DNA of 64,000 nt from positions 13,890,001 to 13,954,000 of the forward strand of contig NC_058369.1 of the NCBI RefSeq assembly GCF_018350175.1. Reading direction: 5' to 3'. Below, piece by piece: positions 47,291 through 59,000 of the stretch; position 1 is the stretch's first letter, and the number at the start of each line of letters is the position of its first letter. This DNA comes from Felis catus. Taxonomy: Eukaryota. Position numbers and translations under genes: made by a program. The notes beneath the pieces were generated by a model. That model did no database searches. It was not told the DNA's origin and worked only from the letters and a program-made list of their open reading frames with translations.

Positions 47291-49128
47291 ATAAAACGAG
47301 GCTTGAAGTGCTCAGAACCTCCAAGGGATAGAGAATAAGCCTTACGAGTAAGGAATTGGTGTGTCTGTGTCCTTTGCGCATCACACAGGGAACTTGAGCC
47401 CAGGAACGTTCGGGTAGGGCGAACATACTTTCAGCTTTTGATCTCAGTCGGTCTAGCAGGGAGCAGATAGGACCCTAGAAACAGCTGCCTTCAGAGAGTG
47501 GGATGTTCCTGGGTCATGGGACGCACACAGGGGCATAGTTCAGATGGACCCTCAGGGAGGGTCTCTCAGAGGAGAGCCCTGAAAGATGAGAAGGCGCCAA
47601 CTGTGATGGTGCCACAGCAATGAAAAAGCAGCCAGCAGAGGCAACAGCACACGTCAAGATCCGGAGGTGGTGCAGCAAGGAGGCTAGAGAGTGGCTGCAG
47701 TGAGAAGCCGGGGAGGGGGAAAGGGGCACGGGGGCCTCCTGAGTCGCCAGGGGGAGGGTGGGTTTTTTTTTCGTGAGTGTGATGGGGAGCATGAGATCCG
47801 CCCTGATTTACAGAGACCCTGGGCTGCTCTGAGAAGCCCATCCAGACCACACTAGTGTTAGCAGCTTTTTTTTTGATGAGGGAGGAAAGCAAAAACGGCA
47901 GGGCTGGGTTCTACCCTGGTCACCAGACGCCTCAGCCTCGCCTTCCTCGGGGCTGGGGGTCAATGGAGCCGGAGGAGGGCTTGGGTCACTGTCCGGCCAT
48001 TGCGCAATAAGCAGGCTCACAGCTTCCTCTGACTCATCACCAGGGTTTAGGACGGATTGAGTTACTGCCTGGGTGTGGGGTGAATGGGGGTGACTAGGAT
48101 GAGCACTGGCTCTTCACCTCTGTTCTGTGGGCATGGCCCGGTTCGGTGACCTGATAACCCCTGCTACCTACCAAATCTTTTTGATTTTTTTTTATTTTCT
48201 CTGCCCGGAAACTGGCTTGGTGCAGGCATGTATGTAAGTGATCAGAGTAGCCAGCAATTTCGGCCACTTATTATAAGCCAGGCACCTGACATGTACTAAC
48301 ATCATTTAAACCTTACAAACCCCTGGGGTTGAGGCTTGGCTCTGGCACTCAACTTGCTGCAGACAGCTGCCATCTTGCTCTGTCTCTATTTCCTCTCCAA
48401 TCTTACAGGATGGTGGCAGGAACTGGAAACCATATCTGTAGAACGCCCAGCTCTGCACCTGATTCACAGAAGCTGTAGTCTCAGTCAGTGCCGGAGACCA
48501 GAAAATGGACCTCAAATCGACTTCAGCAAAAAGGAGAATAAATTATTGGCTCATATAAATGGTAACGCCAGAGTGTTTGGCTTCAGGCATGGCCGGATCC
48601 AGGACCTCAGTGTCTCTCTACCTTTGGCTCTTTTTGTTCTGTGTGGGGTCACTCTCTTGGGCGATCTCTCTTCAGGTGGCCTCGGGAATGGCAAATTTGT
48701 GTTTTCTTTCAAACCAGCCGTCCAAGCAAAAAGGATGCTTTTCTGTCTCGTGGTTCAAGCAAAAATTCCAGAACTGGATCTCATTGGATAAACAGGATCA
48801 CATGCCTGCCCTGAACCAATCGTGAGAGCAAAGCAATGTGCTCTGTTGATTGGCAGACTTCCAAATTGGGATGGGGTATTTGTGGGGAGAGGGGGTAGTG
48901 AAGCCCACACATGGACTGAATGATGTGAATTCATCCCCACGTCATGGACTGAAAATTACAGAGTGTTCCATGAAGGGCAGTTGGTTGTTGGCACCCAAAA
49001 GGGGATGGCAGATGCTTGTTAGGGGAAAAGGTTAGAAGTCCACGAAAGTGCTCAAAACCATATGAACAAAAAGGATAAAATAAAGTAGTGGCAGTGCCCA
49101 GGAGACTCAAAATTAAAACCTATATAGA

Positions 49129-49332
49129 GGGGAGCCTGGGTGGCTTAGTTGGTTAAGTGTCTGACTCTTGGTTTCGGCTCAGGTCACGATCTCATGGTTC
49201 GTGGGTTCAAGCCCCCAATTAGGCTCTGTGCTGACAGTGCAGAGCCTGCTTGGGATTCTGTCTCCCCCTCTCTGCCCCTCCCCTGCTCACTCTCTATCGC
49301 TCTTTCTCTCAAAATAAATAAACTTAAAAAAA
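49129..49332 (+). mobile_element. Can-SINE
   Basis: Head, (CT)n and AAATAAATAAA tail. Confidence 0.88.
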
Positions 49333-50329
49333 TCCTGTTTTATATATATTTAATATGGACAGTTCACTAAACTGTTGTAATGTGTAAATAAATGCATGTT
49401 CAGAAAGTACTCATGTTCCTCTGTGATCACCACCAGCATCCCCTCCAGCCATCCCTTGCCCTAGTAAAAAGTACTTTTGCTCAATGAGAGCTGTCCCACT
49501 TTCTTCCAGCTGCCCCTCTTGGCTCCCGCCCTGTCCATGATGGGAAACTCCTGGAGCCTCCCGAATATAAACCTTTTGATGTTGGTGGTTGTCGTCCCTC
49601 TGCTTGGGAAGGGACAGTCAGATGTCAGAACCTCTCGTTTCCCTGGGTCACTCTTCTGCCAACTGGGAAGATCCTGTTACCCTTTTCACTGCCGGGTCTG
49701 GTCTGGGTGGGATTTCTGGACCTTTCCTTTAGCACTCCATGGCAAAGCTGCATTACTTCAGTAAGACTAGACTGGAGGAATTTGCAGAGAGAGGCTGAAG
49801 CCCTGTAGTTCTGGTTCTTTGGGCTTAAGGATAGAGAGAGTAGAAACTGGTCAAATGTAAGGTGATAGGGAAAGCAACGTGTTAAAGATGATGCCTGGGA
49901 TTTGGGGCTGGGGGCTGAGCTCAAGGTTTAGGGCTCAGTTCAGACGCCCCCCTACTTCCCTGACAGTGGTGGCGGTAGGAGTCTCCCTCCCTAACATCAA
50001 TATCCTGCCAGTCCATCGCTAGTTTTATTTTCCACATCACAATTATCTCCATCAGAAATGTTCTTGGGTCATTTATTGGCTATGTCTGTCCCCGCCCCCC
50101 CGCCCCCCAACTGCACACCCCGTCAGGTCAGGGACCACGTCTGCTTGCTCCCGCCTTTTCTCCAGTGTGCCTGGCACATACAGGCTCTCAATAAATATTC
50201 GTAGAATGAATGAATGCATGAATGAGCAACTCCTTCAACTGGTCTCAAAGCTGAACTAGTTCGAGCCCCGGCAAGCCTCGGGGTGCTATCTGTCCTTATG
50301 GGTTGCTGGCCCCATCCTTGTCAACTGGA

Positions 50330-51020
50330 AGGGTTTGGGTTCGGCGGTCTCCTTCTTGGGGGCTCCAGCGCCTGGACCCGTCCCCGAACCATGCACGTCC
50401 GATGGCCAGACGGCCGCTGTCCAGCGGGCCAGGAGTCTGCACACTACGCATGTGCTCAAATCCTACTCTTTCCGCACCGCCCCCCCCCCGCCCCGCCTCC
50501 TCTGTTGGACACGAACGCGCCGGAGGGGCGTGCGCATGCGCTCTCGCCCCCACGCCGCGCGCTACTTCCATGCGCCTGCGCCGCACTCACGCCCGCTAAG
50601 GCGCCTGCGCACTGCCCGCCGCCCGCGGGCCCAGCCGGCGCTTGCGCGGTGCCACTGGCGAGTGTTGGGGGGGGGGGTGAGGAGGTGGAGGAGGAGGAGG
50701 AGGAGGAGGTGGCGGCGAGAAGATGGCGACTTCGAACAATCCGCGGAAATTCAGCGAGAAGATCGCGCTGCACAACCAGAAGCAGGCAGAGGAGACGGCG
50801 GCCTTCGAGGAGGTCATGAAGGACCTGAGCCTGACGCGGGCCGCGCGGGTAAGGGGGCTGCCCGCGTCGACCCTTCGGGGCCGGGAAGGGAGGGAGGGGG
50901 CGCGTGTCCAGCGTGTGCACGGGGCGGGGGGCGCGCGCCGCGGGGGCGGGGCGCGCGCCGTGGGGCGGGGCTTGGCACAGCCGGAGGGTACAGGTGTCCC
51001 GACGCCCCGGGCATCGTGGG
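50330..51020 (+). promoter_or_regulatory. CRTC1: CRTC1 CpG-island promoter
   Basis: CpG-dense. NRF1 palindrome GCGCATGCGC at 50532-50541 plus variants, GC boxes, ETS core ACTTCC, and a GGA-repeat 5' leader. Confidence 0.88.
50723..50848 (+). CDS. CRTC1: CRTC1 (TORC1/MECT1) coding exon 1, CREB-binding domain; gene continues beyond the window
   Basis: Encodes [42 protein letters not shown] (42 codons), then CGG|GTAAGG donor, phase 0. Confidence 0.97.
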
Positions 51021-51505
51021 CGGGACAGGTGCCCCCACATCACCGATACCTGAAAGGGTGCAGGTGCCCCCACATCTATGCTACCTGGAGGTTGGGCTAG
51101 GTGTCACTACATCATTATTATGTGGAGGGGACAGGGCCCTCCACATCATTACTACCTGGAGGGAATAGGTGCCACCACATCATCGTTACCTGAGGAGGGA
51201 CAGGTGTCCCTACATCCTTGCTACCTGAGGGGGACAGGTGCCTCCACATCACTGCTACCTAGGGGAGGCAGGAGGACACTGAGGTGTATGAACTGGGCAC
51301 TGCTTGCACGCATCATTGTTACCTGGGGAGGGGGATACATGCTCCCACATCGTTGGTACCTGGTGTGGGACCAGTGCCCCCGCATCATTGCCGCCTGAGG
51401 GGAACAGCTGCCCCGACATCATTGCTATCTGAAGGGACAGGTGTCTCTGCATCTTTGTCACCTGTGCCTTCACTCCCTGGGTGTTGGAGGAAGGACAGGT
51501 ATATC
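50985..51505 (+). repeat. Degenerate ~34-35 bp minisatellite, about 13 units (GGGACAGGTGCCCCCACATCATTGCTACCTGAG-like)
   Basis: The (C/T)AGG core recurs at 50991, 51026, 51061, 51098, 51132, 51166, 51201, 51235, with further units at 51405 and 51438. Confidence 0.88.
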
Positions 51506-52408
51506 CCCATTTGCAGACTTGAGGTGGGATCGGTACCTCTCTCTTTGGGGTTACCCGAGGGAAAGTTTTGTTGGCGTCCTCTCCTGTGGGGACCTGAGGG
51601 TGGTCAGGAAGGCAGATTGTGCTCCATTCTAGAGCTTGGAGTGGAGACAGCTACCCCTTCCCCGTGTAGCCCATATGGTGGGGACCAGGTTGTGTTCCTC
51701 CCACTGAGACAAGAGACAGCTGGCCGTGGATGGCTCCTGGCCTGTCAGGACCAGGGTGGAGGGACAGTTCTTCCTCAGGTTGATGGGTGTGTTTGGCACG
51801 CAGGGGCAGACCAGGTTACTAACCTCACCTGGGAAGCCACTGAGGGCCCTGAGCAGGGTTGAAGCTGGAGGTCTGTCTTTTCTCCTGGGCCCGTTTCTCC
51901 GGCCCAGTGACCGCACTGAGGTGCCAGTCTCCTTGGGCCTCAGTATCCTCTTTTGTCAAGGGTGCCTAGCAAGTCCTTCCTTCTGGTTCAAGGAGGAGAG
52001 CACGCTTCGCACAGGTGACAGTAAGTCTCTGCTGCTTCCTGCAGAGTGGTGGGACCCTCCCCCTGTCCTGCACCCTGGGGCCTTGGGGAGGGTGTGGATG
52101 GGAGCTGCAGACCCCTATATAGGCGGTGTCCGGATTTGGCCTCTGATCTGACTGTCCCAGGCAGACATACCTCTGTGACATGAGCCTCAGTCTCTGATTC
52201 TTCAGGTGCAACTTTCGGGTCACGTTATTTACTAGTTAGTTGCTTGTTTGTCTGCGAGGTCGTGACTGTGTGGGCTAGAATGCGAATCTCTATTTCTGTG
52301 TATTTGTTTGGCATCTATTGATGGGGTGCCCACCATTGACCGGGTACTGCCTGTTCCTGCTCCAGCCACTGGTGCTTTTGCTTAGGATGTCGAAGAAGAG
52401 ATGATTGG

Positions 52409-52450
52409 TGAATGAATGAATGAATGAATGAAGTAAAGCAAGCAAGCAAG
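52409..52450. repeat. (TGAA)n plus (AAGC)n short tandem repeats
   Basis: Visible directly; probably the remnant tail of an L2 element. Confidence 0.75.
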
Positions 52451-52654
52451 CTTGCGCCTCGAGTGTCCCCATAAATCAGGGCTTCTGAGGGCAGGAATGT
52501 CTACTTCGTCGTGTCTGCGTGTGTTCGCATTCAGCTGTATGTAGTGTGGCAGGAAGAAGAAGGGGGTCACACAAGGCTGATGTCTGTCTTCATGATTGGA
52601 GGTCTGGGTTCTGTGTCGGGGTTGGAAATGTATTATTGTTGTTAAAAAGGTTTC

Positions 52655-53110
52655 TTCAAAATAACAGCTTTATTGATTCGTGTACTATATAATTCACTTG
52701 TTGGAAGCGTAAAAATCAGTGTTTTTTAGTGTATTTACAGAGTTGTGCAACCATCACCGGTGGCGAATTCCAGAACATTTTCATCACCCTCAAAAGAATT
52801 CCCATCCCCACCAGCAGTCACTCCCCATTCCTCTCTCCCCCAGCCCCCCATTTTTCTCTCCCCCAGCCCCTGGCAACCACCAGTCTGCTTTCTGTCTCTA
52901 TGAATCTGCCTGTTCTGGACATTTCATATACATGGGATCATACGACATGTGGCCTTTTGTGTCTGGCTTTTTTCACTCAGCACGATAATTTAAAGGGTCA
53001 TGCACATTGTAGCATATTATCAAAAAAAACTTCATTGCTTTTAATGGCTGAGTAATACTCCATTGACTAGGAGGGCCACATTTATTTTTCTGTCATCTGT
53101 TGATGGATTT
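52655..53110 (-). mobile_element. Old L1 3' fragment (antisense)
   Basis: cagagttgtgcaaccatcacc...ttccagaacattttcatcacc...cccagcccctggcaaccacc...atggctgagtaatactccatt. Confidence 0.83.
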
Positions 53111-53267
53111 AGAAGAGATTTTTAAGATGCGTGGATAGGAGTTCTCTCGGTCCTGGGAACCATTTCTGTCTCCCGCCTCCCTCTCTGTTGTCTTCTTTTA
53201 CGTTGGGAGTTGGGTATGAGCCCTGGGTGGAGGTGAGCTTACACTGGACTTTGTGAGACAGAGCAAT

Positions 53268-53473
53268 GTTCTGTACTGGGGGCAATTCTGTCCCTCAGGG
53301 ACATTGGGCAATGTCTGGAGACATTTGGGTCGTGTCGTCTGGGGGAGGAGGTGCTACTGGCATCTAGTAGGTAAAGAAGGGATGCCGTTCAGCACCTCCA
53401 AATTCATGGATGTCCCCCACCACAGAGAGTGATCCAGCCCCAAATGTCAGCAGTGCTTAGGCTAAAAATCCTT
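53268..53473. mobile_element. MER20-like hAT DNA transposon
   Basis: ggggcaattctgtccctcagggacattgggcaatgtctggagacattt...gtgctactggcatctagtaggta...gccccaaatgtcagcagtgc. Confidence 0.8.
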
Positions 53474-54654
53474 CAGTTTGGAGGAAAGGTTGAATGAGCA
53501 GGGGTGCAACCTTTGCACCTGGGCAGATAGAGTTCAAAGCTCTCTACCTACCTGTATGGCTGTGCCATTTTGGACAGGCTGATGGCTTTTCCCACACCTG
53601 GGGCCAGGATGAGCAAAGTCTTTCCAACCCCATTTGGCCATTGCATGTGATGAGTGGCGTATCTGCGGTGCCTGGTGCAGGTGAAGTGAACACACCTGAT
53701 TCAGGCACCCCCTCTGCCCGCCCGTGGCTGCAGCCTTCCACACCGCCTTCCCCTGTGATAGATGCTGAAGTTTCACCTCTACATGTGAACAGGCGGCACA
53801 TGGCCAGTTTGGTACCTGCTCCTTCCCGTGAATTCTTTGACAGCATGTCCACTCTTGGAATGAGCAGGGCTACTTAAGTTCTCATGTGTCAGCCTACAGT
53901 CCTTGGTGATGGTAGGCATGTCAGTATCGTGTGAAAGCAGGCATGCAGCCTTTTTGTATAAATCCATGCTGTCACCTCACCCGGGGACAGGGACCCCGAG
54001 GACCAGATTTGGTATTGGCATGGGGTGTGATGTCAGGGAGACCACTTTGAAATCGCAGGGTAGAGGGGTGGATGCATGAGTATTCCATTCTTGTCCTCAG
54101 ACTTGGGGCAGCCCGAGGTACAGGGAGGGCGGTGGTGCTCTGCTGTGTGACTTTGGGCAGGTCTCTTAACCTCTCTGGGCCTCAGAATCCTGACCTGTAA
54201 AGTTGCAGTGGCACATTTCAGGGACTGTTCAGGGACTATCTCGGGTGCTGGGGAGCCGGCAGCATACGAGGCATGTGAGGGCCATGCTCTTGGGGGAGCG
54301 AGTGTGGTTTTAGGGGGGATAGGAGAATCCCTGCAAATGAACAAAACATATGTTCTTGGAGAGAGGCAACAGAGTGATGTGCTAGTACTGGCTAGGGTGG
54401 GGAGCTGACATCCTGGTGGTGAGACGGAGCCCCTCACACTGGGGAAGAGTTCCCCAGGTGGGGGACAGGCAGGTGCAGAGGCCCTGAAGTGGGAAGGGCT
54501 TGGTGAGGTTGAGAGAACACATGAGAAGACTGCGAGGCTGGCATGTAGAGAGAACAAGAGTCGAGGTGAGGTCGGAGTGGCTTGTCGAGCCCTGGATTTC
54601 ACCAAGGGAGGGGCCCTGGGAGGGTTTGTGATGGTGAATGGCGAGCCTTTGCGT

Positions 54655-55290
54655 GTTGCGGTGCAATTCCCGGTGCATTCAGTTTACTCCCTTAAAGCGT
54701 ACTATTCAGGGGTTTTGGGTATGTTCACAGAGTTGTGCAGCCATCGCCAGTCAACTTGGGAACATTTCCATCACTCCAGCAGGAAATCCCATGCCCCCTC
54801 CCCCAGCCCCTGGCAACCACTAATCTGCTTTCTGTCTCTATGGATTTGTGTGTTCTGGACTTTTTATGTAAATGGAATCACACAAGGTGTGGCCTTTTGT
54901 GTCTGGCTTCTTTGACTCTGCACGATGTTTTCAAGGTTCATCCACATTGTCGTGTGTGTCAGTGCTTCATTCCTTTTATAAAAATTGTGGTAAAATACAC
55001 AGGCCATAAAATTTACCACCTTCACCCTTTTTGTGCATACAGCTCAGCGGCATTAAGTACATCCACCATGTTGGGCCTGTGCATCGTTTCCTTTTTAAGG
55101 CTGAATAATACTCCATTTTGTGGCTCCGCTCCATATATCCATTCATCCATCAAGGGACATTTGGGTTGTTTGCGCCTTTTGGCCACTGTGAGTATCGCTG
55201 TCGCGGACATACGCGCCCAGGAGCTTGTGTGGCTGCGGGTCTTCTCCCTTGAGTGTGTACCAAGGAACGGAGGTGCTTGGCCGGAGAGTA
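54655..55290 (-). mobile_element. Old L1 3' fragment (antisense)
   Basis: ccccagcccctggcaaccactaatctgctttctgtctctatggattt...ggctgaataatactccatt. Confidence 0.83.
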
Positions 55291-56019
55291 ACTCCCGCCT
55301 CGCCATTCGAGGACTCTTCGTGTCTCACAAAGATGGGTGTGAGCTGAACGGGCAAGGGCAGGCAGCTGGTGAGAGGCTGCTTAAGCACCTACGTCGGGGA
55401 CTGGGCAGAGGTGACTTGAGCAAGGAGGTGTCTGTGGCGGTGACCAGGATCGGTGGCTTTTGGTGATATTTCGGCAACAGAGCCGTCTGAATGTGCGGGT
55501 AGATCTCGTGGCGGGAGCCAGGGGAAGGAACGGGGTGTGTCACCTGCCTGCCCGGGACTCAGGACGCAGCAGGCTCTGCGTGTGACTGATCACTGAGCAT
55601 CCCAGGGAGCAGCACCTGGGCCAGAGAAAGCCCACACGCCAAGCAGTCCGTGGCGGCCCAGCCAGGGCTGCCAGTTATGGCTGCACCGAAGGAGGGTGTT
55701 CTCCTGGCCCTACCCTGTTATGGGGGTGGCTCTGCACAGGCTGGAGGAAAACGGGTCCCTGGGCGGCAGGCATCGCGCAGCGGTGGCTCGGGTTAGCTGA
55801 GCGTGAAGGCCGCCCCCGGTCCTGGCCCCAGTCCTGGCTTTGGCACTGTTTGCCTCTGTGCCGGCTGCTTCAAGTGTCTGGTGCCATCTGCAGCCTCAAC
55901 ACACACGCACGCAGGACTCCCCGAGCTGCTCTGTTTGAGAGGATGGAGTGAGCCATCTCCCGCCCCCAGAAAGCCCCAGCAGTCTCCTGCTCTCCAGGTT
56001 GTGAGCTGCACACTGAGTT

Positions 56020-56450
56020 GAACAGGATAGGGGCCTCTAAAACGATTTGCCCACGTCCTGCCCCCCAGAACCTGTGGCTGTGGCCTTATTTGGAAAAGAC
56101 GTAGATGAAATCAGGGTAAGGAACTCGAGATGAGATCATACTGGATTTAGGGTGGTCCTAAATCTAGTGACTGGTGTTTTCATAAGAGGAGAACACACAG
56201 GCGCATACGGGAGAAGGCCATGTGATGACGGAGGCAGAGCCGGGAGTGCTGCACCCGTGAGCCGAGGATGCCTGGAGCCCCCAGGAGCTGGAAGAGACCA
56301 AGGAAGATCCTCCCCTAGAGCCTCCGGAAGGAATGCGACCCTGCTGACACTTAGGTTTCAGACGTGTGGTCTCCAGAACCGTGAGGGAATAAAGTCCTGT
56401 TGTTTTACACTTCTCAGTTTGTGGTCGTTTGTGATGGCGGCCCCAGGTCA
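56020..56450 (+). mobile_element. MLT1C/D-like solo LTR
   Basis: ccacgtcct...cagaacctgtg...ccttatttggaaa...gagatgagatcatactggatttagggt...ggccatgtgatgacggaggcagag...ctccagaaccgtgagggaataaa. Confidence 0.82.
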
Positions 56451-57884
56451 CTCTCTCCCCTGGCTAAGGCAGAGTCTGGGTGCCTTGTGGAAACCACCTT
56501 GGGACAGTGGGCCTGGGGGCTGTCTGCAGATGCACACATCTGTCCTTCTCTGGCCCGCCGGCACAGGCCGTGTGGCCTAGAGCGCACCCTTCATTCGTCT
56601 GTCATCAGGAACTGGAGACCCACAGTCCGTTGCTGGCCCCCAGGCCAGTGGTGACTGAACCAGAGGGATAATAACACCAGGAGCAAGGCCCGGGGGGCGA
56701 GATGAGTATTTGGGGTTGGATCCTAAGGCAGTGGGTAGAGTTTGCCCTCTGCACCCTTGGTTCCTGATCCCCGCCTGGCACCATGTGGCCTTTACTCAGT
56801 CCCTGATCCTTGATGCTCAGCCCCCCTCAGAGAGGAGGTGTCGTCTTCCCCATTGTGCAGATGGGGAAACTGAGGCCCACAGTGGTGTCCTAGCTGGGAA
56901 GTAGAGTTGCTGCTCAGCCCTGAGACAATCGCACAGAACGTGTCCAAAACAAGGAATTAAAACCATAAACTAGAACCTTCTATCGCTTGCCAGAGCATGC
57001 TTGGTCCCACTTGGGTCTTGGCTTCTCTGAGATGTGATTGTTTCTGCAGCTAAACCCACGTTCCTCTGGCGGCTTAGACCCGGGAATACATGTTTTCTGT
57101 CATTAACTATTGTTGTTACAGAAGTGGTGGCTCTGGGGTGCGTCACATGGCCCTTTGTGTGTGACCCATGGCTCCTCTCCCTATGAAAGTCATTTCCTAG
57201 ATCAGGCTGGGAGCTGCAGTCTCCACAGCCTGCAAGAGACCAGCTTCTAAGTTGTCATTTGAAAGGAGGGAGCCCCAGCCTTGTTTCCAGCCTTTCCATG
57301 CGTGCTTCCCACAGGTGACTGTTGAGTGTCCCCCACTAGCCTGAGGTCCTGGGCAGAGAACCCTTCCCAGAGCTCATGCCCGGTCCCAGACACCCCTGGT
57401 TCCATGCACACTACAGGTCCAGAAAGTCCTCCTGGATTCCCCAGAACAGGTGGACCCTACCACAGCACCCTGTCACCACCTGCCACCACCTGCTGAATCC
57501 ATACACATGGCAGTCCCGCTCCTGAGCATGTGCCCGCACAGTGGAAATGGGCTCAAGCAAACACTTGCTGGGCAAGAGGAGCGTGTGACCGGCTGAGGGA
57601 CAGGATGAGAGCTGAGGGCTTAGTCCCGAAGATACCTGCTCACTTCCTTGACTGACTCATGATTAGAAATCTGTGTCTTGTGGCTTCCCAGCACCCAGCA
57701 GCAAACATAAAATCAAAACAACTTTCTCCAAGGAGTCCAGCCCTCCCTTTGTTGACCCTGTCAACACCTGGGGAAAGTAGATCTAATCAGTTTTCTTCTA
57801 TTTAACGTAGAATGGTAGTGGGGACCCGCTGAATTGATTTTTTAACCTGCCAATCCAGCGATCAGTAAGCTGCGCTTGTTTTTG

Positions 57885-58035
57885 TAAATAAAGTTTTATT
57901 AGAACACGACCACGCCCGTTCGTTTATGTCTCATCTGTGGCAGAGTTGAGTCATTTTGACGGAGACCACCTGGTCTGCAGAGGCAACAATAGGTACCGTC
58001 TGGCGCTTTGTAGAAGGAGTTTGCAGGCCCCAGGA
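57885..58035. mobile_element. MER58-like DNA transposon fragment
   Basis: ttgtttttgtaaataaagttttattagaacac...gttcgtttatgt...ggcagagttgagt...gagaccac. Confidence 0.7.
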
Positions 58036-58764
58036 CAATGGGTTTGTCCTGCAGTTTGAGACCTGCTGACTTAGAGCAACAGGGAAGGTTGGGAAGATGG
58101 TGGGCGGTTGTTCTCTCACTTTCCGGGGCCCCTGAACCACCTTGGAGATGAAGGATGCAAACTCCTGGACTCCTCCCAGATTCTGCTTCTGAAGATCCAC
58201 TGTGGGAGCCTGAATTCTGAGTGGGGACCTGAAGACCTTGTCGTGCAGGCCTTTCCAAGAGGCCTGTGCACTGTGGTCACCAGGGCTGTGCCAAGCAGAG
58301 GGAGAGGGCCGGCCTTGGTCAGGGGTGTGAACCAGCTGTCTGGCGGTAGGTTGGTGGCACGGTGGTATTTGTTGGTCCGTAGAGCCAAGGAAGGTGTTCC
58401 ACTGTCATTGTTCCTAAGACTGGCCAGGGGTACAGTGCAAAGTGACTCCTGTCCTTGCAGTGGGCCTTCTGGTCCTGGTTGGAATTAATTAGATTTCTCT
58501 GGGTCAGAGCTGGGCCATTGCAGGTATTGTGGGAGGCTAAGTGTCAGCCCTTTTCTGCTGCTTTCTGTGTTGGGGGCTTTCTGGTTTCTGGTGCTGGGGG
58601 CTTTCTGTTTCTGCAGGCTCAGCGGTCAGGATTCAGAGTACTTACTTGGTGCTAGGGAGTTTTTTCAAATGGGACCCTCTGGAAAATGCCGTGGTGATGT
58701 CAGGGGTGGGATGTGGCCTGGAAGCATCAAAGATGCGTGGTACCTACTGGGTGCTCACCCCATC

Positions 58765-59000
58765 CATTTCTGCCTCCAGGGGCATTTGGCAGCATCTGGG
58801 GATGTTTTTGGTTGTCAGGACTTAGAGCCGGAGGATGCTATGCTATTGGTATCTGGTGGGGGGAGTGGGGACGCTGCTCAACACCCTGCAGTGCCCTGAC
58901 AGCCCCACCCCACCTGTGGTGCCCCCCCAACCCCGACAGCCCCTTCCCAGAGGATAATCCGGCTCCAGGTGTCTGCGGTGCTAAGGCTGAGCAACCCTGC
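58765..59000. mobile_element. MER20-like hAT DNA transposon
   Basis: ccaggggcatttggcagcatctggggatgtttttggttgtca...ggacgctgctcaacaccctgcagtgc...gtgctaaggctgagcaaccctg. Confidence 0.72.

Noticed and set aside
50283..51168. 178-277 aa ORFs over the CRTC1 promoter, and similar ORFs at 13132-14139
   Set aside because: Stop-poor CpG-island sequence giving low-complexity Arg/Pro/Gly/Ala translations.
50985..51505. CRISPR-like array
   Set aside because: Units are contiguous diverged copies without unique spacers, there are no cas genes, and the context is a mammalian intron. It is a minisatellite.
54735..55466. 243-aa ORF and other ORFs within L1/SINE sequence (e.g. the many MAQSV... ORFs)
   Set aside because: Translations of repeat-derived sequence, not genes.
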